Of a stretch of 64,000 nucleotides of DNA, positions 39,384 through 52,576 are shown piece after piece; the stretch's first letter is position 1; each line of letters begins with the position of its first letter. Both the position numbers and the translations under genes were made by a program. The DNA comes from Octopus vulgaris. Taxonomy: Eukaryota. Under the pieces are notes generated by a model that worked only from the letters and a program-made list of their open reading frames with translations, was not told where the DNA came from and ran no database searches. Where the stretch lies: NCBI GenBank assembly GCA_951406725.2, contig OX597834.1, forward strand, positions 15,686,001 through 15,750,000, in the 5' to 3' direction.

Positions 39384-39675
39384 CTAAGACACTAAGATAA
39401 ACCACACATCATATATATATATATAAATAAATATATATATATATATATGATGTGTGGTTTGTCTTAGTGTCTGTTTTCCCCCACCATCTCTTGATAACCG
39501 ATGTTAGTGTATTTACGTCGCCGTAACATAGCGGTTTGGCAAAAAGAGACCGATAGAATATATACTAGGCTTACAAAGAATAAATCTCGGGGGCGATTTC
39601 TTCGACTAAAAAACAACCCTTTATGGCGGTGCTCCAGCATGACCGTAGTCAATTGACTGGAACAAGTCAAAGAAT
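38197..39675 (+). mobile_element. Three tandem diverged SINE-A copies (38197-38750, 38780-39156, 39163-39675)
   Basis: Three heads and three tails in the same orientation. Confidence 0.85.
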
Positions 39676-40245
39676 ACATTTATATTTTTACGCACATCTG
39701 TATGTATAGGATGTGTATGTATATATGTGGTTATACTGTTTAAGCGCACAGACTACAGTAGGAGTTACTGACAGCTATAGCCACTACTAAGCAGAGCCGA
39801 AATAATTACAACAACTGCCACAACCCAAACAAACAACAACAACAGTAGCAATCACAACAACTACATCAAACACAACAGTAAATAATGGACTAATTCTAAA
39901 CTGTACAAAAATTAGTGCCATAATTGAAACGCAGCTAGCGCCACCTATATTAACTTTATTGTTTATCACGTTTATCTCGGTAAATATACACAGGAGACAG
40001 TTTTGACTATTCAACGGACAGGAGAGGAATAGTGAAAGAGAGAGAGAGGCGAAAGATTGTGTTTTGTGTTCGAAAAAAATTTAATTTGTTTCTGTGAGAA
40101 TGTTGGAATATGTAAGTAGTCGTGCGTAGTAACTGTATTCAATTGTGCGTATGGACATTTTGTATGTATATATATATATATATATAAATATGTCTGTGTG
40201 TGCATATATGTCTATGTGCGTGTATATGTAGTGTAGGTATGCATT

Positions 40246-40296
<51 letters not shown>

Positions 40297-40300
<4 letters not shown>

Positions 40301-40483
40301 AGAGTTTACGAAAAAAAAAACAAAAGACGAATACAGGTGGTGTACAAAACAAACAGATGTATTAGTATAACGCTCAGGAATAGAAAAATGCTTTTACGTT
40401 TCGAGCCTACGCTCTTCTACAGAAAGGGACACAGAAAAAAACAAGGGAGAGAAAAATGTGTGTAGTGGCTAACGATCTATCAT
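40297..40483 (-). mobile_element. Family D element, copy 4 (intact motif at 40391-40426)
   Basis: Near-identical to copy 3; TA-flanked. Confidence 0.85.
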
Positions 40484-40631
40484 ATATATATATGATTCAC
40501 TTGCTGTAAACAAAATAAGAGACAATGCGTAGCGTTCCGTTACATAAGTTTAAAAACACACATATATATAAGCGCAAATAAAGGGAAAACACAAGAAGGT
40601 CGCGAAATTCTCATCAGTTATCGGCCGAAGG

Positions 40632-40632
40632 T

Positions 40633-40715
<83 letters not shown>

Positions 40716-40880
40716 TGGATGGATGGATGGATGGATGGATGGATGGATGGATGGATGGATGGATGGATGGATGGATGGATGGATGGATGGATGGATGGAT
40801 GGATGGATGGATGGATGGATGGATGGATGGATGGATGGGTGGGTGGGTGGGTGGGTGGGTGGGTGGGTGGATAGATAGAT
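40632..40880. repeat. Compound (CT)n(AGAT)n(GGAT)n(GGGT)n microsatellite
   Basis: Directly visible. Confidence 0.95.
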
Positions 40881-41208
40881 TCTTTTATTTGTTTTAGTCA
40901 TTTGACTGCGGCCATGCTGAAGTGCCGCCTTTAGCCGAACAAATCGCCCCCAGTACTTATTCTTTGTAAGCCTAGAACTTATTTCCATCGGTATCCTTTG
41001 CCGAACCACTAAGTTACGAGGACCTAGACACATCAATATCGACTGTGAAACGATGGTGGTGGACAAACATACACACAATATATATATATATACATACATA
41101 CGACGTCGGGCATCTTCCAGTTTCCTTCTACTAAATCCACTCACAATACAGTCCGGTCCGGGAATCGAACTCACTATCGTTATGATTTTGAGCCCGGCAT
41201 TCTAACCA

Positions 41209-41362
41209 TTGAAGAAACGACAACGTGACGACGTGCGTCGTGCAGAAAACTCTTACCAGAAGCGGAAGGCAAGAGAACGAGCCAGGAAGGCGTTCTTTAA
41301 AAACCCCTATCGTTTCTCGAAGAGTCTGTTTGGGGCTGGGAAATCTGGAGAGTTGGAGGTGA
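41209..41362 (+). pseudogene. Fragment of a HERO/NeSL-like (RLE) non-LTR retrotransposon ORF
   Basis: VRRAENSYQKRKARERARKAFFKNPYRFSKSLFGAGKSGELEV resembles the pre-RT motif RRAE...R.R..F..NP..F.K.L....SG.L of HERO elements. Confidence 0.6.
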
Positions 41363-41420
41363 CGGTGGTAAGACATGCAGGAGTGTTTACCCAAAACATA
41401 TACCGATGCTTTTTCTGTAT

Positions 41421-41645
41421 CTCTTTACTCTACTCTTTTACTTGTTTCAGTCATTTGACTGCGGCTATGCTGGAGCACCGCCTTTAGTCGAGCAACTCGA
41501 CCCCGGGACTTATTCTTTTTGTAAGCCCAGTACTTATTCTATCGGTCTCTTTTGCCGAACCGCTAAGTTACGGGGACGTAAACACACCAGCATCGGTTCT
41601 CAAGCAATGCTAGGGGGACAAACACAGACACACAAACACACACAA

Positions 41646-41676
<31 letters not shown>

Positions 41677-42054
41677 CTAGCAGTATCGCCCGGCGTTGCT
41701 CAGGTTTGTAAGGGAAATAACTATAAAGCATTTTTAGAGAGTTACAGCCAAAAAATAGCAAAAAAATGGAAAAAAAATGATGGTAAATTTTTTTTTGAGA
41801 GTTAAAAATGGTGGAGTCGCGTCCCCTAGACGGTCTGTGGTTTGGGTTTCTGATTCTCGACCCCATGTCGAATTTATCGATTTTTTTCAGAACTGGGGGA
41901 ACTTTTCAAAATTTTCGCTGCGTTAGTTTTGAATTATGACATTGGGCTATGTGTGTGTCAAGTTTCATCAGAATCGGTTGAAAGCCGTGGTCAGAGTGAG
42001 GGTACGAGAAAACAGACACACAGAAAACGCACAGACAAACTGCCGTTTATATAT

Positions 42055-42108
<54 letters not shown>

Positions 42109-42270
42109 GACAGGCTTCTTTCAGTTTCCGTCTACCAAATCCACTCACAAGGCATTGGTCGGCCCGGGGCTATAGCAGAAGACACTTGCCCAAGATGTCA
42201 CGCTGTGGGACTGAACCCGGAACCATGTGGTTGGTTAGCAAGCTACTTACAACACAGCCACTCCTGCGCC
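41421..42270 (-). mobile_element. SINE-A split by a Helitron
   Basis: Tail half 41421-41676 and head half 42060-42270. Confidence 0.9.
41677..42059 (-). mobile_element. Non-autonomous Helitron (383 bp)
   Basis: Minus strand begins A|TCTCTATATATAAA and ends CCTGAGCAACGCCGGG (hairpin) CGATACTG-CTAG|T. No TSD. Confidence 0.85.
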
Positions 42271-42379
42271 TATCGCGTATGTTATTTAAAAGAAGTGATT
42301 TCTTTTTCATATTTCGATTTCATCTCCGGATGAAACGGTTCATCCATCGCATTCAAATTCTCAATTTGTATACATAATA

Positions 42380-42515
42380 TACATTATTTACAATCGACGG
42401 ATATTTGTCCTCATCTTGTTTGTTGTTAACAACAAATAAGATGAGGACAAATATCGGTCGAACGTAAATAATGTAAATAATGTACATAGTTCCTCATCTC
42501 TTAAATATAGAACTG
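42380..42515. repeat. ~96-bp near-perfect palindrome plus short tail
   Basis: TACATTATTTACAATCGACGGATATTTGTCCTCATCTTGTTTGTTGTT|AACAACAAATAAGATGAGGACAAATATCGGTCGAACGTAAATAATGTA. Confidence 0.85.
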
Positions 42516-43746
42516 TTTTATACATAAATTATGTAATTGTAAGCATATTGCTGTATGTATTCTGACAGTGGAAAATGCTGCAATGCCTAACTAAATATGT
42601 ATGAAACCTGTGGCCTTGTCAGAAGGCAGCTCGTTTCAATGTCATTTCGTCAGACGACAGTCGATTTCAATATGGACATCTAATGTAAAAAGTATCCTCT
42701 CCGCTGATCAACACAATGAAGAATAAGTATAGAGAATAAGCTATCATCTGTCGGGTTGCAATTTCAAAGTCCTTTTGACATTGCACCCTATAGTCCTTTT
42801 TCACCATCCCTGCCACTCGATCTCTCTCATACTTACTTCCTTCCCCTTCTCCTTTGGCTCACTCGATCTGTTTCTCGAGCTAATCGAGATTTTCGTTTTC
42901 CACATGAAACGGAAAATAAGGGTGGAGAAATGCCTGTCGCAAAGTGTGTTTCGTAAAAGATGGAAGTCTATAGCAAGTATGTTGCGAGTGAAAGTACCTG
43001 TTTAATCGAAATTGTAAAAAAGGGGAAAGCAAGGTCTTTAGTGTGAGTATGTGGTTTGTGGGGTCAACCGCATCCTCCGCTTCATTTTTGTTAATCACTC
43101 ATTCTCATTTAATTGTATATATTTTAATTGTTTGTTTATTCATACGTTTCGTTTCATTAGATACCCTGACCCCAACGTTTATTTTGTCTGTCCCCGAATT
43201 GTCCCCTCTTTTTCTCAACCTTATGGTGAATAAAGAAATACTCTCTCTCTCTCACCCTCTTTGTCTCTCCATCCCTCCCTGTTTCTCTCTGTTATTTATC
43301 TATCCATCTAGTTCTAATCATCTCTCTCACCTGCATTTATTCGACACACTCTTCCACAGCACCGTTATTGCGAGGAATACACCTGATTAAAAACAGGTCT
43401 CACTATTGATCTCTTCATGTCTTTCATTCTCTGTCCCTCTATGTGTGCGTGCCTTACCATGTGTCTATGTGCACACACATATATGTGTGTGTGTGTGTGT
43501 GTGTATGTATACACACATACCTTATATACATGTGTGCGTGTATATATGTGCATGTATGTGTATGTATATGAATGTGTGTGCATGTATATGTATGTGCATG
43601 TTTATATGCACGTGTGTATGTACATATGTGTGTATATATAAATATATATATATATACATACATACGTATGTATATTTATACACCCCCACACATTTGGAGA
43701 CAAGGAGACATAGATGGCTGGATAAAATAATACGGAGGAAGACATT

Positions 43747-43883
<137 letters not shown>

Positions 43884-44430
43884 CACATATATTTATATAT
43901 ATGCACGTATATTTATATACACACGCACATTTGGAGACAAGGAAACATAGATGGCTGGATAAAGAGATACAGAGGAAGACTTTGTTCATATGTATGTATG
44001 TATGTATGTCTAAATATATATATATATAATGTGAATGTGTGTACATATATATTTACACACACACACACACACACATATAAAACAGTCTGGCATTTTATTT
44101 ACTTTATTTCTCTTTAATTTTTGTCTAGTTTCTTTTTTTTTTTTTACTTTTTTCTCTTTCATTAGGTTTTTTTTGTTCATTTATTTACATATTTATTCTC
44201 CTTTCGGTTTCAACACAATTATGGAATATATAAAGTCTTAACGTTATAATTCTCATTTCGCCTAGCTTTACTATTTCTAGCTACAGGCTTTCACACAATC
44301 TGTGATTTAATAGATTTCTATTTCCATGTCTATAATAGGAAACATTCCACTTTAACGGCCGACTTACCCGTACCAAAATTAACCGTCTATAGACGCATCA
44401 TGTATCTATCTGTATATCCATGTACGTGTC

Positions 44431-44533
<103 letters not shown>

Positions 44534-44603
44534 TACACGTTGTTAACTATAGATATATGAGCATACATACACATATAGTTATATATAGTAAATAATATCT
44601 GTA

Positions 44604-44649
<46 letters not shown>

Positions 44650-44715
44650 CACCCATATACAAGCTACACGTGGGTGGAAGCATTTGTTATATGCATATAT
44701 AGGGGAGTGTTAAGA

Positions 44716-44751
<36 letters not shown>

Positions 44752-45486
44752 CGCACACATGTATATACTTCCGAATACACCCATATACACGTACGTAAAG
44801 GAAGTATAGACATACCTATGTATATGTTTGTATGAAAATGTATATGTGTGTGTGTGTATATATATATATATGTTTGTGTATGAACATATGTGTGGTGTAT
44901 GTGTATGTGTTTGTGTGTATATGTTTTCGTATGAACATATATATGTATGTGTGTGCGTGTATATGTCTATACATACATGTGTGCATGGAAATGTGTGAAT
45001 GAACATGTATATGTGCGTATATATGTGTGTGTATGTATATGCATATTTGTGTGTATGCATATATATGTATATGCATGTATCTTCATATATATATATGTTT
45101 ATGCATATATTTGTATATGCATGTATATTCATATATATATATACATATATCTGCATATGTGTGTATATGTATATATATATGTGTATATATGTATGTATAT
45201 GTGTATATATGTATGTATATGTGTATATATGTGTGTATATGCATATATGTGTATGTGTATATGCATATATATGTTTGTGCGTATATGCATATATGTGTAT
45301 GTGTATATGCATATATGTTTGTGCGTATATGCATATATATTTGCGTATGTGTATATGCATATATATGTGTATGTGTGTATATGCATATATATGTATGTGT
45401 GTATACGCATATATATGTGTATGTGTGAATATGTATGTTTGTATATGTATGAGTGTATATGCATATATATATACATGTGTGTATGC

Positions 45487-45519
<33 letters not shown>

Positions 45520-46845
45520 TACACACACACATACACACACACACACACTCCCGTATACAGGTACACCATACACACCCCCTCCTGCTAATTCGGGGGACAC
45601 GAAACACGTCAAGTGTTTAACAGGATACGTCTCACTTTTCGTCGTCTCATGAGAATCGTTAAGTAATATTCGTTTTTGCTGGTTTTCATTCCGTTTTTGC
45701 TTTTTTTCTGTCTCCTTGTTACACACTTTTATATATATATGTGTATTCTTACTGCTTTATGTCCGTGAATGAGTTTATTTCGATTCAATTCCGTTTCGCT
45801 GTCTTCCGTTTGTTGCTTTTGGTGTTGTTGTTATCGTTGTTGTACACGATGTTGTTGTTGTTGACGTTATTACATCAGTTGGGTTGTTGTTTTGTTGTTT
45901 TAATCTACTTGTTAATGATTGGAAAATACTAGTCCAATGGGATTGCAATGAGGTTGTGAACATATATATATATATAATGTACATGTATACATATATTTAT
46001 AGACGAGGGTGTATGTAGTGTATGCATATTGAGAGAAACACATATATATGCATTATGTGTGTATATATATATATATGTATACTGCGAGGTACACAGACAG
46101 ATATATATATATATATATATATATTATATAATGTACATGTATACATATAGTTATCAACAGATGGTGTATGTAGTGTATGCATATTGAGAGAAACACATAT
46201 ATATGCATATATGTGTTTATTTTTTTATTCATATATATATATATATATATTGAAAAGAGAGGGAGAACAAGGGGCAGTGAAAGCAACAGTTCACATTCTT
46301 TTTTCAACAATTTAACCAAAAAACAAAAGCAAAAACAAAAACAACTCTAGATTCTTGCAGCCATATGTAAGTGTCTAATCTAAAATAATTCAATGATTCT
46401 TGAAATACCAAACGTGGCATGGACAAGATAGAAACTGAAGAATATCTTCATCTGATTCTTAAAATGGCCAATGTTCGTAGATCAAATGCGAATGTTTTGA
46501 CATATTGTGTCATGTAATGGCGTTATGTAAAAGTGGGAGGGGGTATTTAAATGGATGACAGCAGACGATATTGTACCAGTTCCTTCCAAGAGCACAAGGT
46601 ATCGCTAGATTTGGTGGTGGGAGGGAGAAACCGGTCGTTTTAAATCTTTGAATTGGCCCCGGTATACAGCTATTTATTTTACAGAAGACGAGGGAAATCT
46701 GAACTCTTCTCGTTCGTGACTTTCTTTTCAGACGTTGCCAGGCAACAATTCAACAGGTGGGTCGTAAATGGAAGCAGTTTCTTACAGCTCCGCAGAATGA
46801 GCTCATTCACACTTCCCCTTTCTCCAAACCCAGCAAGCAGCATTA

Positions 46846-46994
46846 TGTGGTAAGTAGCTTGCTAACCAACCACATGGTTCCGGGTTCAGTCCCACTGCGT
46901 GGCACTTTGGGCAAGTGTCTTCTGCTATAGCCCCGGGACGACCAATGCCTTGTGAGTGGATTTGGTAGACGGAAACTGAAAGAAGCCTGTCGTA

Positions 46995-47041
<47 letters not shown>

Positions 47042-47277
47042 GTATGTGTGTGTGTTTGTGTGTCTGTGTTTGTTCCCCTAGCATTGCTTGACAACCGATG
47101 CTGGTGTGTTTACGTCCCCGTCACTTAGCGGTTCGGCAAAAAGAGACCGATAGAATAAGTACTGGGCTTACAAAAAGAATAAGTCCCGGGGTCGAGATGC
47201 TCGACTAAAGGCGGTGCTCCAGCATGGCCGCAGTCAAATGACTGAAACAAGTAAAAGAGTAAAAGAGTAAAAAGAGT
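46846..47277 (+). mobile_element. SINE-A (young copy)
   Basis: Near-identical to 12282-12692. Confidence 0.93.
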
Positions 47278-47300
47278 ATATATATATATATATATATATA

Positions 47301-47565
47301 TAATTAGGGTTCAGCAAAGACTTGCTTTACCACATACCAAAGTTTAGAAATAGCAGCCAAAAAACCTTAGCTATTTCATCTAATTTTTAAATAGCTAGGG
47401 TTTTTTGGCTGCTATTTCTAAACTTCGGTATGTGGTAAACAAAGCTTTGCTGAACCCTAATTATAAAGTATTACTTAAGTTTACCGTGAAATGGTCCTTT
47501 TTCATGCCCAATTCTACTTGGTGAAATTACTGATTACTTCTTAATTAATTAATTTTACTCTTTGT

Positions 47566-47570
<5 letters not shown>
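47301..47570 (+). mobile_element. Family F fold-back element (76-bp arms plus tail) in a TA tract
   Basis: Arms 47301-47376 and 47389-47464; tail ends AATTAATTTTACTCTTTGTTATTA. Confidence 0.8.
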
Positions 47571-47613
<43 letters not shown>

Positions 47614-47628
47614 GCACGCACGCGCGCA

Positions 47629-47850
47629 TAAGAGGGTGGTGAAAAATTCCTGGTTTTATGGGTCTCGCGAAAGGCCTGGCTGGAGGCCCAACCTTCCGAT
47701 TTCTTTTACAGGGCTTAGAAAAACTGAAGGGCCGCTGCAATAAGCGTGTGAATCTGAGATGGGAATATCTTTAATAAAATCATAATTAACTGATTCTCTT
47801 TTATTTTATTTTACCCAAACCCAAGAACTTTTCATCTCCCCACACTCGTG
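47629..47850 (+). mobile_element. mariner-derived MITE retaining the transposase C-terminus
   Basis: TIRs GAGGGTGGTGAAAAATTCCTGG / CCAAGAACTTTTCATCTCCCCACACTCG. 47703-47774 encodes LLQGLEKLKGRCNKRVNLRWEYL*. Confidence 0.78.
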
Positions 47851-48065
47851 TATGTGTAAGATATATATATATATATATTTGCTGCTTGCCAGACGTGCAG
47901 CGACAGAAAGAGAGACGAAGGGAGAATCTATGTAATTCAGGGAGAGAATCACTTTATTTCTTACCCTAGTTTTTAAGTTGTAAAGATATTTTTCTGCCGG
48001 TGGCAGGAAAGAATAGCGGAAAGCATCCACGTTTTATCATAAAATCTTTTATTAACAGAATATCC

Positions 48066-48211
48066 GCCGACGTCGGCTTTGCCTTTCATCCTTTCGAGGT
48101 CGATTAAATAAGTACCAGTTACGCACTGAGGTCGATATAATCGACTTAATCCGTTTGTCTGTCCTTGTTTGTCCTCTCTGTGTTTAGCCCCTTGTGGGCA
48201 GTAAAGAAATA
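48066..48211 (+). mobile_element. 5'-truncated SINE-B with 9-bp TSD
   Basis: AGAATATCC at 48057-48065 and 48212-48220. Confidence 0.88.
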
Positions 48212-48846
48212 AGAATATCCTTGGCTGGTCCTATTTCGGCTTTATTAAGTCTCATTAGTACAGATTAATACCAGATATTAAAGTTGTTTTCCCCTCCTTA
48301 TAGCTTTAAACTAGTCATTTAAGAATTGAAATTAATCGGGTTTTTTTAAAATTTTTTATGGAAAGGAATGACCGCGAGAGATTTTGTTTTTTCCTACGTA
48401 TTTTATATTGTTGTTTCTCTCCATAATTCTTGTCCAATGCATTCGCCTTGCATTACGGCCTTTCGTGCAGACATTTATGTATTTGTGTTAGAGGCTAGCA
48501 CTGACCCAGTTGTCTTTATCGGGTGAAAATTCTAAATTTCCTGGCTTTGTTTTTCTTTCGCTTTATTCTTCTGAATTCGGATAATACCCTTCTATATTTC
48601 ACCTTGTCATTACACACACACACACACACACAATAATATATATATATATAACTTATAAATAAGGGCAAATGAAAAAATTTTCAATGCCAAGTATGCCGAA
48701 ATTAGACACATAGTCCATAACCATTATAATTTTTTCACAATACGCACGCTACTCAAAAAAGGTCGACAGAAATTTCTAAAACTTGATAAAAATTTATAAA
48801 TTTTTTTCGGAAAAAATGTTATCCTACATTAAATATATATATATAT

Positions 48847-49078
48847 ATAGCAGTTAAACTACTATTTTAGTGTTTGTATATGCATGCATATTTTAAAATA
48901 GTATTTTAACTGCTATTTCTAAATTTCGTTATGTGGTGAAGCAAATTTTGCTGAACTCTAATTATAATTATACTCATAATTATAGAAATTTTGCATAACT
49001 TTACCGATAATGGTTCTTTTAACATACCGAACTACTTGGTAAAATTATTAATTAATTAATTAATTTTACCCTTTATTA
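48847..49078 (+). mobile_element. Family F element (short inverted arm plus tail)
   Basis: ATAGCAGTTAAACTACTATTTTA / TAAAATAGTATTTTAACTGCTAT, then the shared F body and tail. Confidence 0.72.
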
Positions 49079-49301
49079 TTATTATTATCATTATTATTAT
49101 TATTATCATTATTAGTAGTATTATTATTATTATTAATATCATCATCATCGTTATCATTATCATCATCATCATTATTATTATTATTATTATTATTATATAA
49201 TAGAGAGAGAGTGAGTATAAATGGGATGTTATCCTGGCGTATACCGCGTTACTTCTCATATTGATGTGAATAAATCTTCACTCTCCTCTTCGTTATCAAT
49301 G

Positions 49302-49348
<47 letters not shown>

Positions 49349-50289
49349 TGTGTGTACGTATATATGTTTATAAATATATAAGTGTTTGTACATGCATACA
49401 TATTTATCGGTGTGTGCGCGTTTGTGAATGCGTTTTTATATTTGTGAGTGCACCTATGTGGTATATATGTGTATATAATATACATACATATATATATATA
49501 CACACACATCATACACACGCGTGTATGTACGTATACATGTTTACACAGTTTTATATGTACATGCTTGTATATTTATATATATGTGTGTGTACAAGCATAT
49601 ATATATATATTTCAATGCGATCATCGGCAGAGTCCGTACCTAACTAATTTGTGGCCCTACGCCAATCTAAAGAATCCTTGAGCCAATGTAAGAAATCATT
49701 ATCCATGTTGTTGATGTTGTTCTTGTAAGTTTTTGTCTTCCGCAAAATTCCTGGCCGGTCTTGAGCGAGATAAGAAATTCCTGCTGGCATCAACGAGTCA
49801 GTCATAAATCAAAGACTCACATCCTATAAAGATAACATTTCTGGATCGAAACCAACATGTGTCGTTCATTTCTGATGGGAGTTTTTATTTTATTTTAATT
49901 TTTTTTTTTTGGTTCTTTTCTTGGTTATTGTTTCGTTGTTTGTTTTGGTTTGGGGGTGGTGTGTTTTATTTTATTTTTATTTATTTATTTATTTATTCAT
50001 TTCACTTTTTTTTTCTATTTTTAATTTTTGGTTCTTACGATGAATGACCAAACGTTAATCTCATATCTCCTAAAATTCCTAGTATAATTCTTTTCGCTAA
50101 ACCCCGTCCCCCCACCCCCACTCCACCCTCACCCCACCCACCCATCTCAATCAATCTATATCTTTCTCTGTTGTAATTTACTGTATCCCCATTTCTATCA
50201 ATGCCTGTCACCTTCACCACCACCCCGCAACTGGGTTGTTTCGTCTCCTTCGTTCTCCTTATTCGATTTCTTGTTGCCCTTCTTCACCA

Positions 50290-50479
50290 GCACCATCATC
50301 ATCATCATCATCATCTCCTTCCTTCTTCGGCATCGTCTTCAACCTCTACATCTTCACCATCTATTTCTTCTTTACCTTCTTCAGCATCGTTGCCTCTCAT
50401 CTTTCTTCTCCTTCGTCTTTTCATCATCATCATCATCGCCATCATCATCACCATCATCATCATCATCATCATCATCACC

Positions 50480-50538
<59 letters not shown>

Positions 50539-50551
50539 CATCATATTATTC

Positions 50552-50605
<54 letters not shown>

Positions 50606-51181
50606 CACCATCACCATCATCACCATCATCATCATCACCATCATCATCGTCATCATCACTATCGTTGTCATCATCATCATCCCCACCATCATCATCACCA
50701 TCATCATCATCACCATCATCATCACCATCATCATCATCATCACCATCATCATCATCACCATCATTATCATCATCATCTTCATCACCATCATCATCATCAT
50801 TATCATCATTATTTCTTCGCTAGAATTATAATCTTCACCTTCTTAAGCATCATCATCAACACCTTCAACTACTTCTAAATCTTCATCGCCCTCATCTTCA
50901 GCATCTTCTTCAGCATCATCATCACTATCTTCTTCAGCATTTTGTCTTCTTCCTCCTCATCGTCTTTTTTTCTTCAGCTTCTCTTCTTCATCATTAGCCT
51001 TCCTTCTTTGGTATCATCCTTTTCTTTACCTTTCTCCTCAGCATTAAAATCTTCTAATTCTTCCTCATCATCATCAACATCATCCTCATCATCTCATTCT
51101 TCTTCCCACATCATCATATCGTTTTCTCTGGCCTCCTTCTCCTCAGCAACCTCCTCCTCCTCCTCCTCCTCCTCCTCCTCC

Positions 51182-51216
<35 letters not shown>

Positions 51217-51220
51217 GTCT
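50290..51220. repeat. (CAT)n/(CAC)/(CTT)/(CCT) trinucleotide low-complexity tract
   Basis: Directly visible. Confidence 0.9.
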
Positions 51221-51424
51221 TCTCTGTATTCTATTCTTTCTTATTTTATCTTCTTTTCTTTTGGTCATAAATATCTCCGAAAATCGTAAACTTTCCAGGC
51301 AGAAACAAAATAAGAAGGAAAGAAAGAAAACGTGGCATGGCGAGACAAGGGTAGATTGACGAAAACTGAAGGCTTAGCGGCGCAGGAAGGAAGAGGAAGA
51401 CTAGACTGGTTATATATATATATG

Positions 51425-51467
<43 letters not shown>

Positions 51468-52043
51468 TATGTGTGTGTAGGAGAGAGATTTATATGTGTA
51501 TATGTATGTATATTTGTGTGTATAAACGTATACAGTTTTTCTTTGTTTGTTTGTTTTTTAGCTTTCTTCTTCCCCCACCACACCCTCCCTTCGACATATC
51601 TTGTTTATGTCTTCAGAATATAATTGCTGTATTGATAAATATTTTACAGCTATCAGGCACACAAATCCAACTTTCACTTTCACTTTTGAAAGTAAGTTTT
51701 GGCGCGCTTGCCTGTACACGCACACAAATATATATATATATATATATGTACCGCCCACGTACACATCATCCTACACTTTTACAATGGTACACTCCCACGT
51801 AAGAACGTACAAATATACAGGGGGAAAAAATCAATGTATGTTTTATGTATTTGCACGAAGATTTGCCAATAAAAATCTGTAAGTGTATCGTCGTAGGACC
51901 TGTGCGTCGGTGTACGCTCTAACGTACACCGCCATCAATGAATGCATGGGTGGGGTGTTACATTGCAGAATGTGTGTGTGTGGAGAGAAAGAATATAGTA
52001 TCATTCTTTCCGCATATGCAAAATTGTGTTTATAAATATCTAA

Positions 52044-52083
<40 letters not shown>

Positions 52084-52148
52084 ACTTTTATGTGATACAT
52101 GTCGCACGCACGCGGCGCAGGCGCACACGTTGTGTATTTGTTATATAT

Positions 52149-52332
52149 TCTTTTACTTGTTTCGGTCATTGGACTGCGGCCATACTGGAGCACCGACTTT
52201 AGTCGAAGAAATCGACCCCAAGACTTATTCTTTGTAAGCTTAGTACTTATTCTATCGGTCTCTTTTGCAGAACGGCTAAGTTACGGGGACGTAAACACAC
52301 CAGCATCGGTTGTCAAGCGATGTTGCATGGGA

Positions 52333-52375
<43 letters not shown>

Positions 52376-52376
52376 C

Positions 52377-52407
<31 letters not shown>

Positions 52408-52576
52408 TATATACGACGGGCTTCTTTCAGTTTCCGTCTGCCAAATCTACTCACAAGACTTTGGTCGGCCCGAAGCTATTGTAGAAGACACTTGCCCAAG
52501 GTGCCACGCAGTGGGACTGAACCCGGAACCATGTGGTTCGTAAGCAAGCTACTTACCACACAGCCACTCCTATGCC
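52149..52576 (-). mobile_element. SINE-A full length
   Basis: Matches family consensus. Confidence 0.92.

Noticed and set aside
50201-50878. Poly-His/Ser/Ile ORFs
   Set aside because: (CAT)n microsatellite, open in all three frames.
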